This document shows, piece by piece, positions 10,563 through 21,050 of a stretch of 64,000 bases of DNA. How positions within the stretch are numbered: the stretch's first letter is position 1; every line of letters begins with the position of its first letter. Origin of the DNA: Candidatus Oxydemutatoraceae bacterium. Lineage in GTDB: Bacteria > Pseudomonadota > Gammaproteobacteria > Poriferisulfidales > Oxydemutatoraceae. The notes under the pieces were generated by a model. It worked only from the letters and a program-made list of their open reading frames with translations, had not been told where the DNA came from and did no database searches. Made by a program: the position numbers and the translations under genes. The stretch spans positions 716,769-780,768 of the forward strand of contig OZ244779.1 of NCBI GenBank assembly GCA_965219575.1, in the 5' to 3' direction.

Positions 10563-11738
10563 TTATCGGATGGTAGTTTGTGCGTCTACATACTCCTGTT
10601 TCATTTTTTCTACTAAATCCTTCTTAGGAATAGGAAGGTAATTAGGAATACGCTTAGCTCTGGGTTCCAAGCAGATAATTTTGATAGTAGGGTTTAAGAA
10701 TCTAATGATATCGGTGAAATTTGAACCCACCGTATATATTAATTCGGTTTTAGACAATATCAAAAGGTCGATAAAGGCGTCTTGTACTTGTTCAGAGTCA
10801 TAACCATGGTGTATAGGTTGATGGGTATACGATCGCTTGATACCTCTGGCAATGACTCTGCCGGCAAACGTTGTTTTCATTTGCGTGATAAATTGTTCTT
10901 TATCCGAGCATGCAAAAATATAGCTATCTTTGTCTAATACTTTTTCCAAATATGTGATGTAAGCCTCAATAGTCATTTTCCTCTGGAATAAGGCATCGGT
11001 TGCGCGATAATGCACTCCGATACAGTCCCCCTTAACATTCGTGTTGTACCACCGGTCGGCTTGCTGTTGTAGCTCTTGTTTTATCGATAATGCCGATATT
11101 ATTTTATGCCCGAATTCACTAGAAATTCTATTTCTTGAAAATTCGGCTAATATATCTCTCAAGTTCATTCTGTAGTGCTTTATTTGGCTTATATGCGTTA
11201 TCGGCTCTCTTGATTTCATAAACTCTTCACATTGACAATGCTCCGAGTAATTCAAGGTAGAGTTAAAGATATCGTAATAGCCGGAATTTTTCCGAAGAGG
11301 CTTGAGATTGATATTTAATTTTTCGCAAATCCATGCTATTCCGACTAAGGTAAATAGGGTGGTTCCCACATTGCCGTATTGTAATATTTTTGCGGTAATA
11401 CATCCGTATCTTATACCGTCTTTGAGATATCCTATAAGATATATATATGCTAAAAAGTATTTTTTTAATGAATTATATGTTGATGTTTTTGTTGTGAGTT
11501 TGGGTCTTTTCTTTTTAATTTTCTTTAGTTGCTCGGTTTTTTTCTTATCTTTAATGGGTTCTTTTTCTCGAGTGGGAATTTCATGGTGATTTAATCGGGG
11601 AGAAGGCTTATAAATAGAGCGTATTATCGTTAGAATTTTTTTAAGCAATGGTCTGTATATTCTACTCGGATGAAAAATATAAGTCAGCACCAAAGTGGCT
11701 TTCAGAGTATACCAATAAACAGAAATTCTTTTGACCAT
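10563..11738 (-). CDS. Putative fucosyltransferase-like (NodZ/GT23/O-FucT-type) glycosyltransferase
   Basis: IGVHYRATD (HxRxxD motif), IFACSD, DAFIDLLILSK..GSNF; AT-rich; paralog of 55523-56578. Confidence 0.6.
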   Translation of the reverse strand: MVKRISVYWYTLKATLVLTYIFHPSRIYRPLLKKILTIIRSIYKPSPRLNHHEIPTREKEPIKDKKKTEQLKKIKKKRPKLTTKTSTYNSLKKYFLAYIYLIGYLKDGIRYGCITAKILQYGNVGTTLFTLVGIAWICEKLNINLKPLRKNSGYYDIFNSTLNYSEHCQCEEFMKSREPITHISQIKHYRMNLRDILAEFSRNRISSEFGHKIISALSIKQELQQQADRWYNTNVKGDCIGVHYRATDALFQRKMTIEAYITYLEKVLDKDSYIFACSDKEQFITQMKTTFAGRVIARGIKRSYTHQPIHHGYDSEQVQDAFIDLLILSKTELIYTVGSNFTDIIRFLNPTIKIICLEPRAKRIPNYLPIPKKDLVEKMKQEYVDAQTTIR

Positions 11739-11746
11739 AAGATTTT

Positions 11747-13354
11747 TTATTTATCGGAATAATTGTAACAAGTAATAGGGTATCGTCGTTCTCTACCGAA
11801 AGCGCAAGGTGTGATTTTCGGTCCTATCGGTGCTTGGCGACGTTTGTATTCGCTGGCAAGCACAGCCTGCCATACCGTTGAAACCAACTCGTATCGGTAG
11901 CCTTCCGAGACGAGTGATTCTACGGTGGCATCGCAATCTATTATTTTTTCTAGTATGGGGTCCAGTATTTCGTAGGGTGGTAGGCTGTCGGTGTCTAGTT
12001 GCCCTTCGGCTAATTCGGCAGTCGGTGGTCTGTCTATGATACGTTGCGGAATGATAGTCTCGTCTTTATTGTAATCTTGCGCAAGTTCATAAACTAGAGT
12101 TTTAGATACATCCTTTAGCGGCGCATACGCACCTACCGAGTCACCGTAAAGCGTGGTATAACCCATTGCGATCTCGCTTTTGTTGGAAGTGCCTGCAACC
12201 ATCAATCCGTGCTTATTAGCGATTGCCATTAACAGGTTGCCTCGCAGGCGGGCTTGTATATTTTCTTCGGTTTTATCGGGAGGTAAATCCTCGAAGGCCG
12301 GTTTGAGCACTTGTTTCATCGTTTCGAATAAGTCTGTAATCGGAATTTCTTGCAAGGCGACCCCTAGGTTACTTGTCAAGATACGAGTATCTTCTATGCT
12401 ACTTGTGGCGGTAAACGGAGACGGCATCATCACGGCGCGTACCCTACCTGCGCCTAAGGCTTCAACCGAAACTACCAGTGTGACGGCTGAATCGATACCT
12501 CCCGATAATCCGATAACAATACCTGCGGCACCGTGATCTTCTACATAATCTTTGAGTCCCATAGTCAGTGCGCGTCGTATATTGACAATTCGGCTCGGTG
12601 TTCGGGCTTGGGTTTGCGACGATAACCGACCGTTGTCTATTTCCAAGAAATAAACATCTGCTTCAAAGGTCGGTGCGCGTAGTATGTTTCGACCTTGTGC
12701 GGAAATCACTCTGCTATCTCCGTCAAACACGAGTTCGTCTTGTCCGCCGACGCGATTCAGATACAAGATGGGTGTTTTCGTTTGAACCACTCGCTCTTGT
12801 AGTATTCGGTCGCGTTGGTCTTGTTTGCCGATGTCGAAAGGTGATGCGTTGATATTGATTATAAGGTCTGCGTTTGATCGTGCGGCTTCGAGCGCGGGCA
12901 TGGGATGCCAGATATCTTCACAAACCGTCACACCTATCGATAAATCGTTTATTTTGAATACATAACTTTTATCGCCGGGCTTAAAGTGTCGGTGTTCGTC
13001 AAACACACCGTAGTTGGGTAGGTGACGTTTATAGTAGCAAGCGATGATACGATTGTTCGAGATATGCACCGCTGCATTGTATAAATTATCGTTTTCTTGC
13101 CACGGTGCACCTACGATAATATCGGTATCGGAGGGTGATTGTTTTGCTAAAAACTCGAGTGCCTGCGTCGTCTTATTCAGGAAGTCGGCACGCAACAAAA
13201 GATCGTCGGCGGGGTATCCGGTAATTGCCATTTCCGGAAATACAACTAAGCGCGCATTTCGAGTATGCGCTTCTCGCATGGCTTTTAATATGCGTAGTGT
13301 GTTGCCGTCTATATCGGCCATTTTATAAGGATGTTGTGCTAAAGCGATACGCAT
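11747..13354 (-). CDS. nadE: Glutamine-dependent NAD+ synthetase
   Basis: Nitrilase domain (FPEM, LPNYGVFDE, CEDIW) plus GLSGGIDSA, ENIQARLRG, NKSE. Confidence 0.97.
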   Translation of the reverse strand: MRIALAQHPYKMADIDGNTLRILKAMREAHTRNARLVVFPEMAITGYPADDLLLRADFLNKTTQALEFLAKQSPSDTDIIVGAPWQENDNLYNAAVHISNNRIIACYYKRHLPNYGVFDEHRHFKPGDKSYVFKINDLSIGVTVCEDIWHPMPALEAARSNADLIININASPFDIGKQDQRDRILQERVVQTKTPILYLNRVGGQDELVFDGDSRVISAQGRNILRAPTFEADVYFLEIDNGRLSSQTQARTPSRIVNIRRALTMGLKDYVEDHGAAGIVIGLSGGIDSAVTLVVSVEALGAGRVRAVMMPSPFTATSSIEDTRILTSNLGVALQEIPITDLFETMKQVLKPAFEDLPPDKTEENIQARLRGNLLMAIANKHGLMVAGTSNKSEIAMGYTTLYGDSVGAYAPLKDVSKTLVYELAQDYNKDETIIPQRIIDRPPTAELAEGQLDTDSLPPYEILDPILEKIIDCDATVESLVSEGYRYELVSTVWQAVLASEYKRRQAPIGPKITPCAFGRERRYPITCYNYSDK

Positions 13355-13479
13355 TTTCGGGGGTCTTTTGAAGAATTAACTACCGTTCGTCGGAAATATA
13401 TGACCGTTTATTTTTATTGGGCTTCAAATAACCCTCTAAATCGGATAATAGGACTGTTGACTTTATGAGGAGATTAGGC

Positions 13480-13929
13480 ATGAAAATTAAAGGTTTTACA
13501 TTAATAGAATTGATGATTGCCATAGCGATAGTAGGCATACTGTTGTCTTTAGCTATACCGACATATCAAGATTATACCGTGCGAGCCAAAATTTCCGAAG
13601 CTATGAATGTTGCGAGTTCCTTAAAAGTAATGGTTTCCGAGTACTATATCACGATGGCAGAATTGCCGGAGAATGCCGATGTGGCAGGAATAGACACTAC
13701 TTTTAATACCGAATATATTTCTGCAATCGGCTATCGGAAGGAAGGAGACGACGATAGCAGGGCGATGATCGAATTGACTTTGTCCGAAAATGTTTCCGAA
13801 GCGGTTGCCGGTAAAGCACTATTGTTGACGGCGGTACCCGAAGCGGGATCCTTGCGTTGGGTTTGCAGCCACGATCAAAGCGAATCCGACCCTATAGACT
13901 CCAAGTATTTGCCGTCAAACTGCCGCTGA
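13480..13929 (+). CDS. pilA: Type IVa major pilin
   Basis: G|FTLIELMIAIAIVGIL N-methylation motif and C-terminal C..KYLPSNC; GAGGAG RBS precedes ATG 13480 (alternative start 13465). Confidence 0.92.
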   Translation: MKIKGFTLIELMIAIAIVGILLSLAIPTYQDYTVRAKISEAMNVASSLKVMVSEYYITMAELPENADVAGIDTTFNTEYISAIGYRKEGDDDSRAMIELTLSENVSEAVAGKALLLTAVPEAGSLRWVCSHDQSESDPIDSKYLPSNCR

Positions 13930-13933
13930 AGTA

Positions 13934-15124
13934 ATGCAAACACCGACCCGATTATTTAAGTGGCGGGGCATTAGTTCCGACGGCGGTACTATCGACGGTC
14001 TATATGTGGCAGAAGACGAGAGTGTGCTTTTGCAACACTTGGAACATCAAGGGATTATTTTGGTCAAGGCGCAAGCTATTCACTCGGTGCAACATCTGGA
14101 TACAAAGTTATTAGGCTTTTTGATGAAGCGGTTGGCAACATTGTTAAACGCCGGGTTGCCTATGGATTCGGCATTACAGCTGCTTTATGAACAAGCACCA
14201 TCCAAGCTCAAAGCGGTACTCGCTCGGTTGTTGCATTGCCTCAAGTCGGGGTTGAGTTTATCCGAGGGCTTAAAACCTCATTTGGATAGTCGACAGCAAT
14301 ACCTAGTCAACATGATTCGCATCGGAGAAGATAGCGGTAAATTGGTTGCATTGCTGAATGAACTTGCGGCACAAAAGGAAAAGCAAATTCTTGCATTGCG
14401 TAGCTTAAAGCGCGCCTTAGCGTATCCTTCGTTGATATTAGGTGTGGCAATAGCGGTGATGGTTTTGTTGCTGAAAACGGTGGTACCTCAGTTCGAGAAG
14501 AGCTATGCGGCACTCGGCGGTGCATTACCGAACTATACACAGTTGACTTTGGATTTTTCGTCTTGGTTGGAACAACACGGTGGTGCATTGCTGATTGTGT
14601 TGTTGTCGGTTTATATAATCGGTTTATTGCTACACCGTACGGTCGTGGCATTTAGATACATCACATCGTATGTGCTCTTGAGACTTCCTCTTTGTGGTTC
14701 TCTTAGGCGTAGCTATTTTCAAAGTTTTTTTGCGACCACCTTGGGCTTGGCTTATCAGGCCGGTGTTCCTATAGATAAAGTGATGGAATGGTTGCCGTCG
14801 GCAACGCGAGATGCCGTATTCAAAAGTGCTTTAGAGAAACTCAAACACGATATAGACCAAGGGGCAAGTCTATACGATGCGATTTGCAAAATAGATTTTT
14901 TTGAACAATTTATGAAGCAAATGATACGGGTCGGCATAGAGAGCGGTCAACTGGCGCAGTCCTTATCACAAATAGCGACTTATTATAACGACCGCTTCGA
15001 TGCTCAAATGCGCAACATGATGCACTGGGTGGAACCTGCATTAATTTGCTTGGTGGCAGCGATAGTCGGCTGGATTATTGCGGCAATGTACATCCCTATC
15101 TTTACGCTCGGTTTTGCATTATAA
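13934..15124 (+). CDS. pilC: Type IV pilus inner-membrane platform protein PilC (T2SS F family)
   Basis: LATLLNAGLP, IGEDSGKL, ALAYP, AMYIPIF; lies between pilA and pilD. Confidence 0.88.
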   Translation: MQTPTRLFKWRGISSDGGTIDGLYVAEDESVLLQHLEHQGIILVKAQAIHSVQHLDTKLLGFLMKRLATLLNAGLPMDSALQLLYEQAPSKLKAVLARLLHCLKSGLSLSEGLKPHLDSRQQYLVNMIRIGEDSGKLVALLNELAAQKEKQILALRSLKRALAYPSLILGVAIAVMVLLLKTVVPQFEKSYAALGGALPNYTQLTLDFSSWLEQHGGALLIVLLSVYIIGLLLHRTVVAFRYITSYVLLRLPLCGSLRRSYFQSFFATTLGLAYQAGVPIDKVMEWLPSATRDAVFKSALEKLKHDIDQGASLYDAICKIDFFEQFMKQMIRVGIESGQLAQSLSQIATYYNDRFDAQMRNMMHWVEPALICLVAAIVGWIIAAMYIPIFTLGFAL

Positions 15125-15199
15125 AAACAGAGCAGGCATGTATCCATACGATAGATTACACATTGTATAATGACCGAATGAAGTTTCGGTCTCCCGCCA

Positions 15200-16069
15200 A
15201 TGTATAAAGTAGCCCTTGTTCCCGACCTTGCGTGGTGGATTTCGATCGCCGTTTTAGGTTTGATTGTAGGTAGCTTTTTGAATGTAGTTATTTATAGATT
15301 GCCTTTAATTTTAAGACAACGGTGGCACGATGATGCGCGAGCAGTGCTTGCAGAGGCGGAGTATGAGCAGGTTTCACATAATTTTTCTTTACTCTATCCG
15401 AGTTCTCACTGCACCCGGTGTAAAACACCGATATTGTGGCGGCATAAAATTCCGATACTCAGTTTTATATTGTTAAGAGGATCGTGTGCATACTGCCATG
15501 AGTCTATTAGTATGCGCTACCCGTTCATAGAATTATCGACAATGGTTATTTGGTTAATCATTTTTGCGATATACGGCGTTTCGTATGTGAGTATTTTCGG
15601 TGTGTTGTTCGCTTCGAGTTTGATCGCATTGGCTTGCATCGATCAAAAAGAGGGTTATCTAGTAGATGAGATTACTATCCCTTTGATATGGGCGGGGCTA
15701 TTGTTAAATTGCTTCGATACCATCGTAGCGGCAGAGCAGGCGATCTTAGGTGCGGTGTTGGGATATTTGTCTTTTTTCCTGTTAAATCAAGCGTTTAAGC
15801 TGGTTCGTGGTCGTCACGGATTGGGCCGGGGTGATATGAAATTATTGGCTGCCATAGGGGCTTGGCTGGGTTGGGAAGTACTCCCCGCTTTGGTTTTGAT
15901 TGCATCGCTGAGCGGTTTGGTTTTCTATGGCATGATACGTCTGAGACAACATTATGCGCTCTCGGATGCAATTCCGTTCGGGCCTCACTTGGTTTTCTCG
16001 GGTATAGTATCTTTTTTATTTTATCCGCAACTCAAAATGCCTTTTGAGATCGTTTCTCCGATGTGGTGA
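15200..16069 (+). CDS. pilD: Prepilin peptidase/N-methyltransferase PilD
   Basis: GSFLNVVIYRLP, two CxxC pairs, GRGDMKL, IPFGP. Confidence 0.95.
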   Translation: MYKVALVPDLAWWISIAVLGLIVGSFLNVVIYRLPLILRQRWHDDARAVLAEAEYEQVSHNFSLLYPSSHCTRCKTPILWRHKIPILSFILLRGSCAYCHESISMRYPFIELSTMVIWLIIFAIYGVSYVSIFGVLFASSLIALACIDQKEGYLVDEITIPLIWAGLLLNCFDTIVAAEQAILGAVLGYLSFFLLNQAFKLVRGRHGLGRGDMKLLAAIGAWLGWEVLPALVLIASLSGLVFYGMIRLRQHYALSDAIPFGPHLVFSGIVSFLFYPQLKMPFEIVSPMW

Positions 16070-16076
16070 GTCATAA

Positions 16077-16658
16077 ATGTTGAAGGTAGCATTATACGGC
16101 GGAGCGTGTAGCGGCAAAAGTACCGTAGCCGAGCTATTTGCGAATTTCGGTGCACCGATTATAGATGCCGATATTATTGCCAGAGAACTTGTGACTCCCG
16201 GTAGTCCTCAGCTGCGACAAATTATGACTGCCTTCGGTACCGAGATCGTCAAGAATAATCAACTCGATAGAGCGATGTTGCGGCGAATTATATTTTTCGA
16301 TAAAGCGGCTAGAATACAACTCGATAACATTATGCATCCGCCCATCCGTATGGAATTGAAGCGGCGTATCGATGATACGGTGGCACCTTATTGCGTGGTT
16401 GTCATACCGTTGTTGCTGGAGGCACAAATGACGGATTTAGTCGATTGTGTCGTTGTGGTCGATTGTCCGCAACAAACTCAAATTGAAAGAATCGCTCTTC
16501 GCGATGATTTAAGTATAGAAGAAGCAACCCAAATCGTTAGTGTTCAAGCCACTCGCAAACAGAGACTGGAAGTTTCGGACAAGGTGATTGATAATAGCTT
16601 AGATATGAATCATCTAAAACAACAAGTGCATAAGCTACATAAAGAATGGACAAAATAG
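16077..16658 (+). CDS. coaE: Dephospho-CoA kinase
   Basis: GGACSGKST, IIDADIIAR, MHPPIR; follows pilD. Confidence 0.95.
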   Translation: MLKVALYGGACSGKSTVAELFANFGAPIIDADIIARELVTPGSPQLRQIMTAFGTEIVKNNQLDRAMLRRIIFFDKAARIQLDNIMHPPIRMELKRRIDDTVAPYCVVVIPLLLEAQMTDLVDCVVVVDCPQQTQIERIALRDDLSIEEATQIVSVQATRKQRLEVSDKVIDNSLDMNHLKQQVHKLHKEWTK

Positions 16659-17437
16659 AAGTCTCGGGACAAGAGCATAGAGCGACTACGATTTATGAGA
16701 TTCCACTCAACAGTAGAATGAGACATTTTCTACGCTATGAATACCTGATCAACGAAATTGAAACAAGGTTGTCGGCTGAGCACGATTATGCGGTAATAGA
16801 TATCCTGCGTTTGGTGCATAGTTTGATTGAAATTAATACGAACAATGATATGCGTAGCGAGATTATGCAACACTTAAACTGGCAGCACCAGCAGCTACGA
16901 GAACTGGAGAAGCAACCTCGGGTCGACCAAATTTTTTTGCAGGAAAAAATGCAGGAAAAAAAACAGATGCTGGCAGAAATGGAGAAATTATCTATTCCTA
17001 TCTCAATGTACCATAATCATTATCTATTGAGCACGACCAAATCGCATGTGAACATCATCGGTGGGTTGGCAAGTTTTCATTTACCTATGTTTGCGACTTG
17101 GGCTACATTAGCTCGCAACTACCGGCAAGCGGATTTGAATAGATGGTACGCACCTTTTAAGGAGCTCTACAAAGGTATACAAAATATTCTGTCGATGACC
17201 CGCAACAGTCAAGAATTCAAAGCGTATCAATCCGAGACCGGCTATTATATGGAGGATTTTTCTCCTCCTAGGAACTACCAAATGATAAGAATTTCGGTAA
17301 ATAGAGATATTTTTCCCAGATTATCCGCTAGTCCTTCGCGTTTGATAGTCTATTTCTTTACCGCCTCCGATTTTAGGGAGCCACCCCGGCAAGTTCAAAC
17401 TCACATAGACTTTGAAATGGCGTTTGCTAATTTGTAG
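16646..17437 (+). CDS. zapD: Cell division protein ZapD
   Basis: IYEIPLNSRMRHFLRYE N-terminus; conserved position after coaE; divergent sequence. Confidence 0.8.
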   Translation: MDKIEVSGQEHRATTIYEIPLNSRMRHFLRYEYLINEIETRLSAEHDYAVIDILRLVHSLIEINTNNDMRSEIMQHLNWQHQQLRELEKQPRVDQIFLQEKMQEKKQMLAEMEKLSIPISMYHNHYLLSTTKSHVNIIGGLASFHLPMFATWATLARNYRQADLNRWYAPFKELYKGIQNILSMTRNSQEFKAYQSETGYYMEDFSPPRNYQMIRISVNRDIFPRLSASPSRLIVYFFTASDFREPPRQVQTHIDFEMAFANL

Positions 17438-17447
17438 GTCATATCGT

Positions 17448-17530
17448 GGTTCTGTGCAATATCACGCCGATTGACCTACCGGCGGGCGGACATCAGAATT
17501 GCCGATTGACCCACCGGCTCAATCGGCGGT
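17448..17530. repeat. Composite copy of the GCCGATTGA..TCAATCGGC hairpin repeat with a REP half
   Basis: ggttctgtgcaatatcacgccgattgacctaccggc-gggcggacat-cagaatt-gccgattgacccaccggctcaatcggc; overlaps the 3' end of 17493-18290. Confidence 0.85.
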
Positions 17531-18290
17531 CTCTTCCGATAAACTCCTTGAATAGGAGTATTTTGCGCATCAAATCGGCTGCGAACAAAAGATATTTTGG
17601 ACTGGGGTGACCGATTTCTTGATTCAGCCTTTCCCTGTATATCGGATAGTACCTTGCTACTAAATCGTTTTGCATCATGCTCTCATATACTTTATCTATT
17701 ATTGCCCTTGCCATAGGATTTTGAGAATAGACTGTATAAATATCTTTTCTCGGAGGACGAAAATCAGATTTATCTTTTATATTTTGAAAAGTTTCTAATA
17801 AACCGGGATAACCTATTTTTATTTCCAGTTTTTTAATATCTTCGTCTAAATGTTCGTATCTGATTAAAAAATCGGTGACCAAACGATTTTTAATACATAG
17901 CAGATTATAATCTCCAAGCCTGTTTCTGAGCATCATTTCATTTAATACAAATAAGCTAAAATTATCTTTAGATTGTTTCCAGTAGTATCTGGAAATCATA
18001 GTATCGTAAGGGCAGCGAATAATAGATACTTTTAGGTAGTTATCCCATATATTTGAGAATTCTCTTTTTATGGCATGTGCAGAAAGATGACGACGGAATA
18101 TTTTTTTGCCTTTCAGGGTGATATTTTGATACTCCGGGATATTCCAAGATTGTCTGATGTTCTCATCTGTTTTTATTGAAGTGTAAATATCGTCCGCCCC
18201 ACAATATTTTGACAGTGCAAGTTCAAAAGATGAACCGGCGGTTTTATAGGTTTTTATAAATATAACTTTTAGTTTATGAGAGATAATCAA
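17493..18290 (-). CDS. Sulfotransferase family (Sulfotransfer_2-like) protein, paralog 1
   Basis: IISHK..FIK..KTAGSS (5'-PSB-like loop), IRCPYD..ISRYYW (3'-PB-like), IRYEHLDED; TTG start. Confidence 0.75.
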   Translation of the reverse strand: MIISHKLKVIFIKTYKTAGSSFELALSKYCGADDIYTSIKTDENIRQSWNIPEYQNITLKGKKIFRRHLSAHAIKREFSNIWDNYLKVSIIRCPYDTMISRYYWKQSKDNFSLFVLNEMMLRNRLGDYNLLCIKNRLVTDFLIRYEHLDEDIKKLEIKIGYPGLLETFQNIKDKSDFRPPRKDIYTVYSQNPMARAIIDKVYESMMQNDLVARYYPIYRERLNQEIGHPSPKYLLFAADLMRKILLFKEFIGRDRRLSRWVNRQF

Positions 18291-18309
18291 CGGATCACCC
18301 TATCAGACC

Positions 18310-19530
18310 TCAAATTGATTCTAATTGACGCCACTTATTAGGGATTAGTTTGAGGTCTGCTAAGGCTGCCAGCAGAGCTTTAGGAAAGCTCGCATCGTCT
18401 CCGTATAGAAGTTTATAGTAGCTGACTTTCATTGTCGTTGCCGAACCCAAGACAATAAAGGTGAAAGTGAGCAAAGCACCGAGTGCGAGTGTAGATGCAC
18501 CGCTAATCGCCTGTCCGAAAGTACAGCCCAAGGATAGTACCCCGCCGATGCCCATCAGCAAGCCGCCTACGAAATGGTTTGCAAAGTCTTTTAAGTCGGC
18601 AAACCATTCAATACGAAAGCTCTTGGTAAATATCGCATAAAAAAACGAACCTACGATAATTCCCGACGCTGCTATCAGTGCAAAAGAGAGATACTGAAAT
18701 GAAAAACCTTCTCGTATCCAATAATAAAAGTGTCCGCTCGGCTTTACGAAAGTAAGCGACTGCGCGCCCACATCGTACGGGATTTGATCTAGAAATTCTA
18801 CCTCCTCCAGTAATTCTTGACCGTGGGGTCCTGCCGTGACATACCATGCGAGTGCAACCGCACCGCCGATAATCGTGCCGCCGATGATGTTATCGGTGTT
18901 TTTAGAGAAATCGGTGGACTTAAAACACCATATAAAGAGTGCGATAGCGATAATCAAGGCAATAATAAGTTTGCCGTTTACGGTATTCTCCATGCCCAGA
19001 GGCAGTCCGTATAGCAGTATTGCACTAATACCTTGACTCGGTATACCGTAATCGTTGAAATTTATCGCCGGCATCCATTGCAAAAATACATAAAAACCGA
19101 AATCGGTATAAATCATTAAATAGGCACCTACGCCCATAATCAAAAAGACGAATATAGATTTTAGGTTGCCGCCACCTATGCGCACTAAAGTTTTGTTGCC
19201 GCATCCTGAACCTAAGGTCATGCCGATACCGAAGAGCAACCCACCGAGTATGTAGCGTAACCATACGAATTGCGGAGTTGTGTAGGGTGGTTTGCCGGTT
19301 TTACCGTCTTCCACCAGCGATAAATCTACTTGTGCCCATATTTCCAGCAATGCGACGATGGCGATTGCCGTGCCGATAGCAAACACCCACGCCCGCATTC
19401 GTCCGGTGTCGCCGGTGTTGACGCAGTCGGAAACCGCCCCCATCGTACAGAAATTGGTTTTGTTGGCAACCGCACCTACGAGTAATGCGATTAGGAATGC
19501 CCATAATAGGGTTTGTTGTACTAAGTCCAT
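18310..19530 (-). CDS. YeeE/YedE family sulfur-compound (thiosulfate) transporter
   Basis: Multi-TM protein with three conserved Cys motifs: NFCTMGA, GSGCG, LGCTFGQ. Confidence 0.9.
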   Translation of the reverse strand: MDLVQQTLLWAFLIALLVGAVANKTNFCTMGAVSDCVNTGDTGRMRAWVFAIGTAIAIVALLEIWAQVDLSLVEDGKTGKPPYTTPQFVWLRYILGGLLFGIGMTLGSGCGNKTLVRIGGGNLKSIFVFLIMGVGAYLMIYTDFGFYVFLQWMPAINFNDYGIPSQGISAILLYGLPLGMENTVNGKLIIALIIAIALFIWCFKSTDFSKNTDNIIGGTIIGGAVALAWYVTAGPHGQELLEEVEFLDQIPYDVGAQSLTFVKPSGHFYYWIREGFSFQYLSFALIAASGIIVGSFFYAIFTKSFRIEWFADLKDFANHFVGGLLMGIGGVLSLGCTFGQAISGASTLALGALLTFTFIVLGSATTMKVSYYKLLYGDDASFPKALLAALADLKLIPNKWRQLESI

Positions 19531-19546
19531 CTACCTGATATTTGTG

Positions 19547-20326
19547 TCAGAGGGTAATTATATCAGCATCTCTATATTCGTCTATGGCTTTTTCTAACCC
19601 GGATTTGTAGGCTGAAAAATATTTTTGTAACTCGTCTCGGCTGAAGTTTTCATGAAGTGCTTTATCGGTTTTTATCTTTACCTTGGGGTGTTCAAAATAT
19701 ATTTTATGACAGAGGGTGTTTTCTGTTTTAGGACGGAAGTCACCTTTTGTATGGATGTTTGATAAGGATTCTAGCAAACCGTCACAACCTATCCTTATTT
19801 CAAGTTTTTTAATATCTTCGTTTAAATTGTCATATCTGATCATAAAATTAATTACTAATTTCCCGTCAATTTGGAGTTTTTTGTAATTCTTAATAAGCCA
19901 TTTAATCCCTCGTTCTAATGCATAGTTCTCAAAGTCTTTGATTTCATTCTCAGGGAGGCGTTTAAGCCAATAGTAATGAGAAATTAACATATCGTATGGG
20001 CAACGGATGATAGCTACTTTTAAGTAGCTGTTCCAAACTTGCTCGGGAATTAGTCGTTGTATCTTTTTAGCACCACTATGTTCAACAAACCTAGGGGGAT
20101 CCATCAATATAATTCTACGATGCTTGAGTTTATACTCATAAGGTGCCGTGTAATTTTGTCCTTTGTTGTATCCAACCCTTTTTCTTTCATCAATTGTTTT
20201 ATCAACTGCAATCGGTGTAATGATGTCGTGTGGGCCACAATACTTTGTAAACGCCATTTCAAACGATGAGCCGGCAGTTTTCATTATTTTTACAAAGATC
20301 ATTTTATATTTGTGGGAAATAATCAT
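19547..20326 (-). CDS. Sulfotransferase family protein, paralog 2
   Basis: MIISHK..KTAGSSFE..YCGPHDI, IRCPYDMLISHYYW, IRYDNLNED. Confidence 0.75.
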   Translation of the reverse strand: MIISHKYKMIFVKIMKTAGSSFEMAFTKYCGPHDIITPIAVDKTIDERKRVGYNKGQNYTAPYEYKLKHRRIILMDPPRFVEHSGAKKIQRLIPEQVWNSYLKVAIIRCPYDMLISHYYWLKRLPENEIKDFENYALERGIKWLIKNYKKLQIDGKLVINFMIRYDNLNEDIKKLEIRIGCDGLLESLSNIHTKGDFRPKTENTLCHKIYFEHPKVKIKTDKALHENFSRDELQKYFSAYKSGLEKAIDEYRDADIITL

Positions 20327-20348
20327 GTTCTACATAATGAAGATTATT

Positions 20349-21050
20349 TTAGTAATAGCAAGTAGGGTCGGCAATACCGGCTTCCTTAAAACCTTGTTGT
20401 CTGAATCGGCAAGCGTCGCATATTCCGCAGGCTTTGCCTTCGTCGTTTGCTTGATAACACGAGACAGTGAGCGAATAGTCCAATCCCAGTTGTATGCCGC
20501 ATTTTATAATCTCGGATTTACGCATCGATATCAGAGGCGCGTTAATGTGAAATTCATTTTGTTGCACGCCGCTTCGGGTAGCTAATTTTGCGATGTTTTG
20601 AAAGTGCTTTATAAAATTCGGGCGGCAATCGGGATAACCCGAATAGTCTATTGCGTTCACGCCTATAAAAATGTTATGAATATTCAGAGTTTCTGCCCAC
20701 GCTAATGCAATCGATAAAAAAATCAGATTTCTCGCCGGCACATAAGTTATAGGGATGGTATTCTCTGCATGGGCGGCAGACTGTGGTGTGGTTGGTACTT
20801 CAATTTTTGAGTCGGTTAAAGCGGAGCCTCCTACCGAGTCGAGCGAGAGAGGAAATATCAGGTGTTTTTCTACTTTGAGGTGATTTGCAATTCGTCGGGC
20901 AGCGTCGATTTCGACTGCGTGCCGTTGCCCGTAGTCAAAACTCAGTGCACGACAAAGATAACCTTGCGACTTAGCGAGTGCTAATACCGTTGCCGAGTCC
21001 AGCCCACCAGATAGGAGCACCACGGCACTTAATGATGCATTGGTGTTCAC
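20349..21050 (-). CDS. queC: 7-cyano-7-deazaguanine synthase QueC
   Basis: [38 protein letters not shown]; start uncertain (GTG overlapping the queE stop chosen). Confidence 0.96.
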   Translation of the reverse strand: MNTNASLSAVVLLSGGLDSATVLALAKSQGYLCRALSFDYGQRHAVEIDAARRIANHLKVEKHLIFPLSLDSVGGSALTDSKIEVPTTPQSAAHAENTIPITYVPARNLIFLSIALAWAETLNIHNIFIGVNAIDYSGYPDCRPNFIKHFQNIAKLATRSGVQQNEFHINAPLISMRKSEIIKCGIQLGLDYSLTVSCYQANDEGKACGICDACRFRQQGFKEAGIADPTCYY

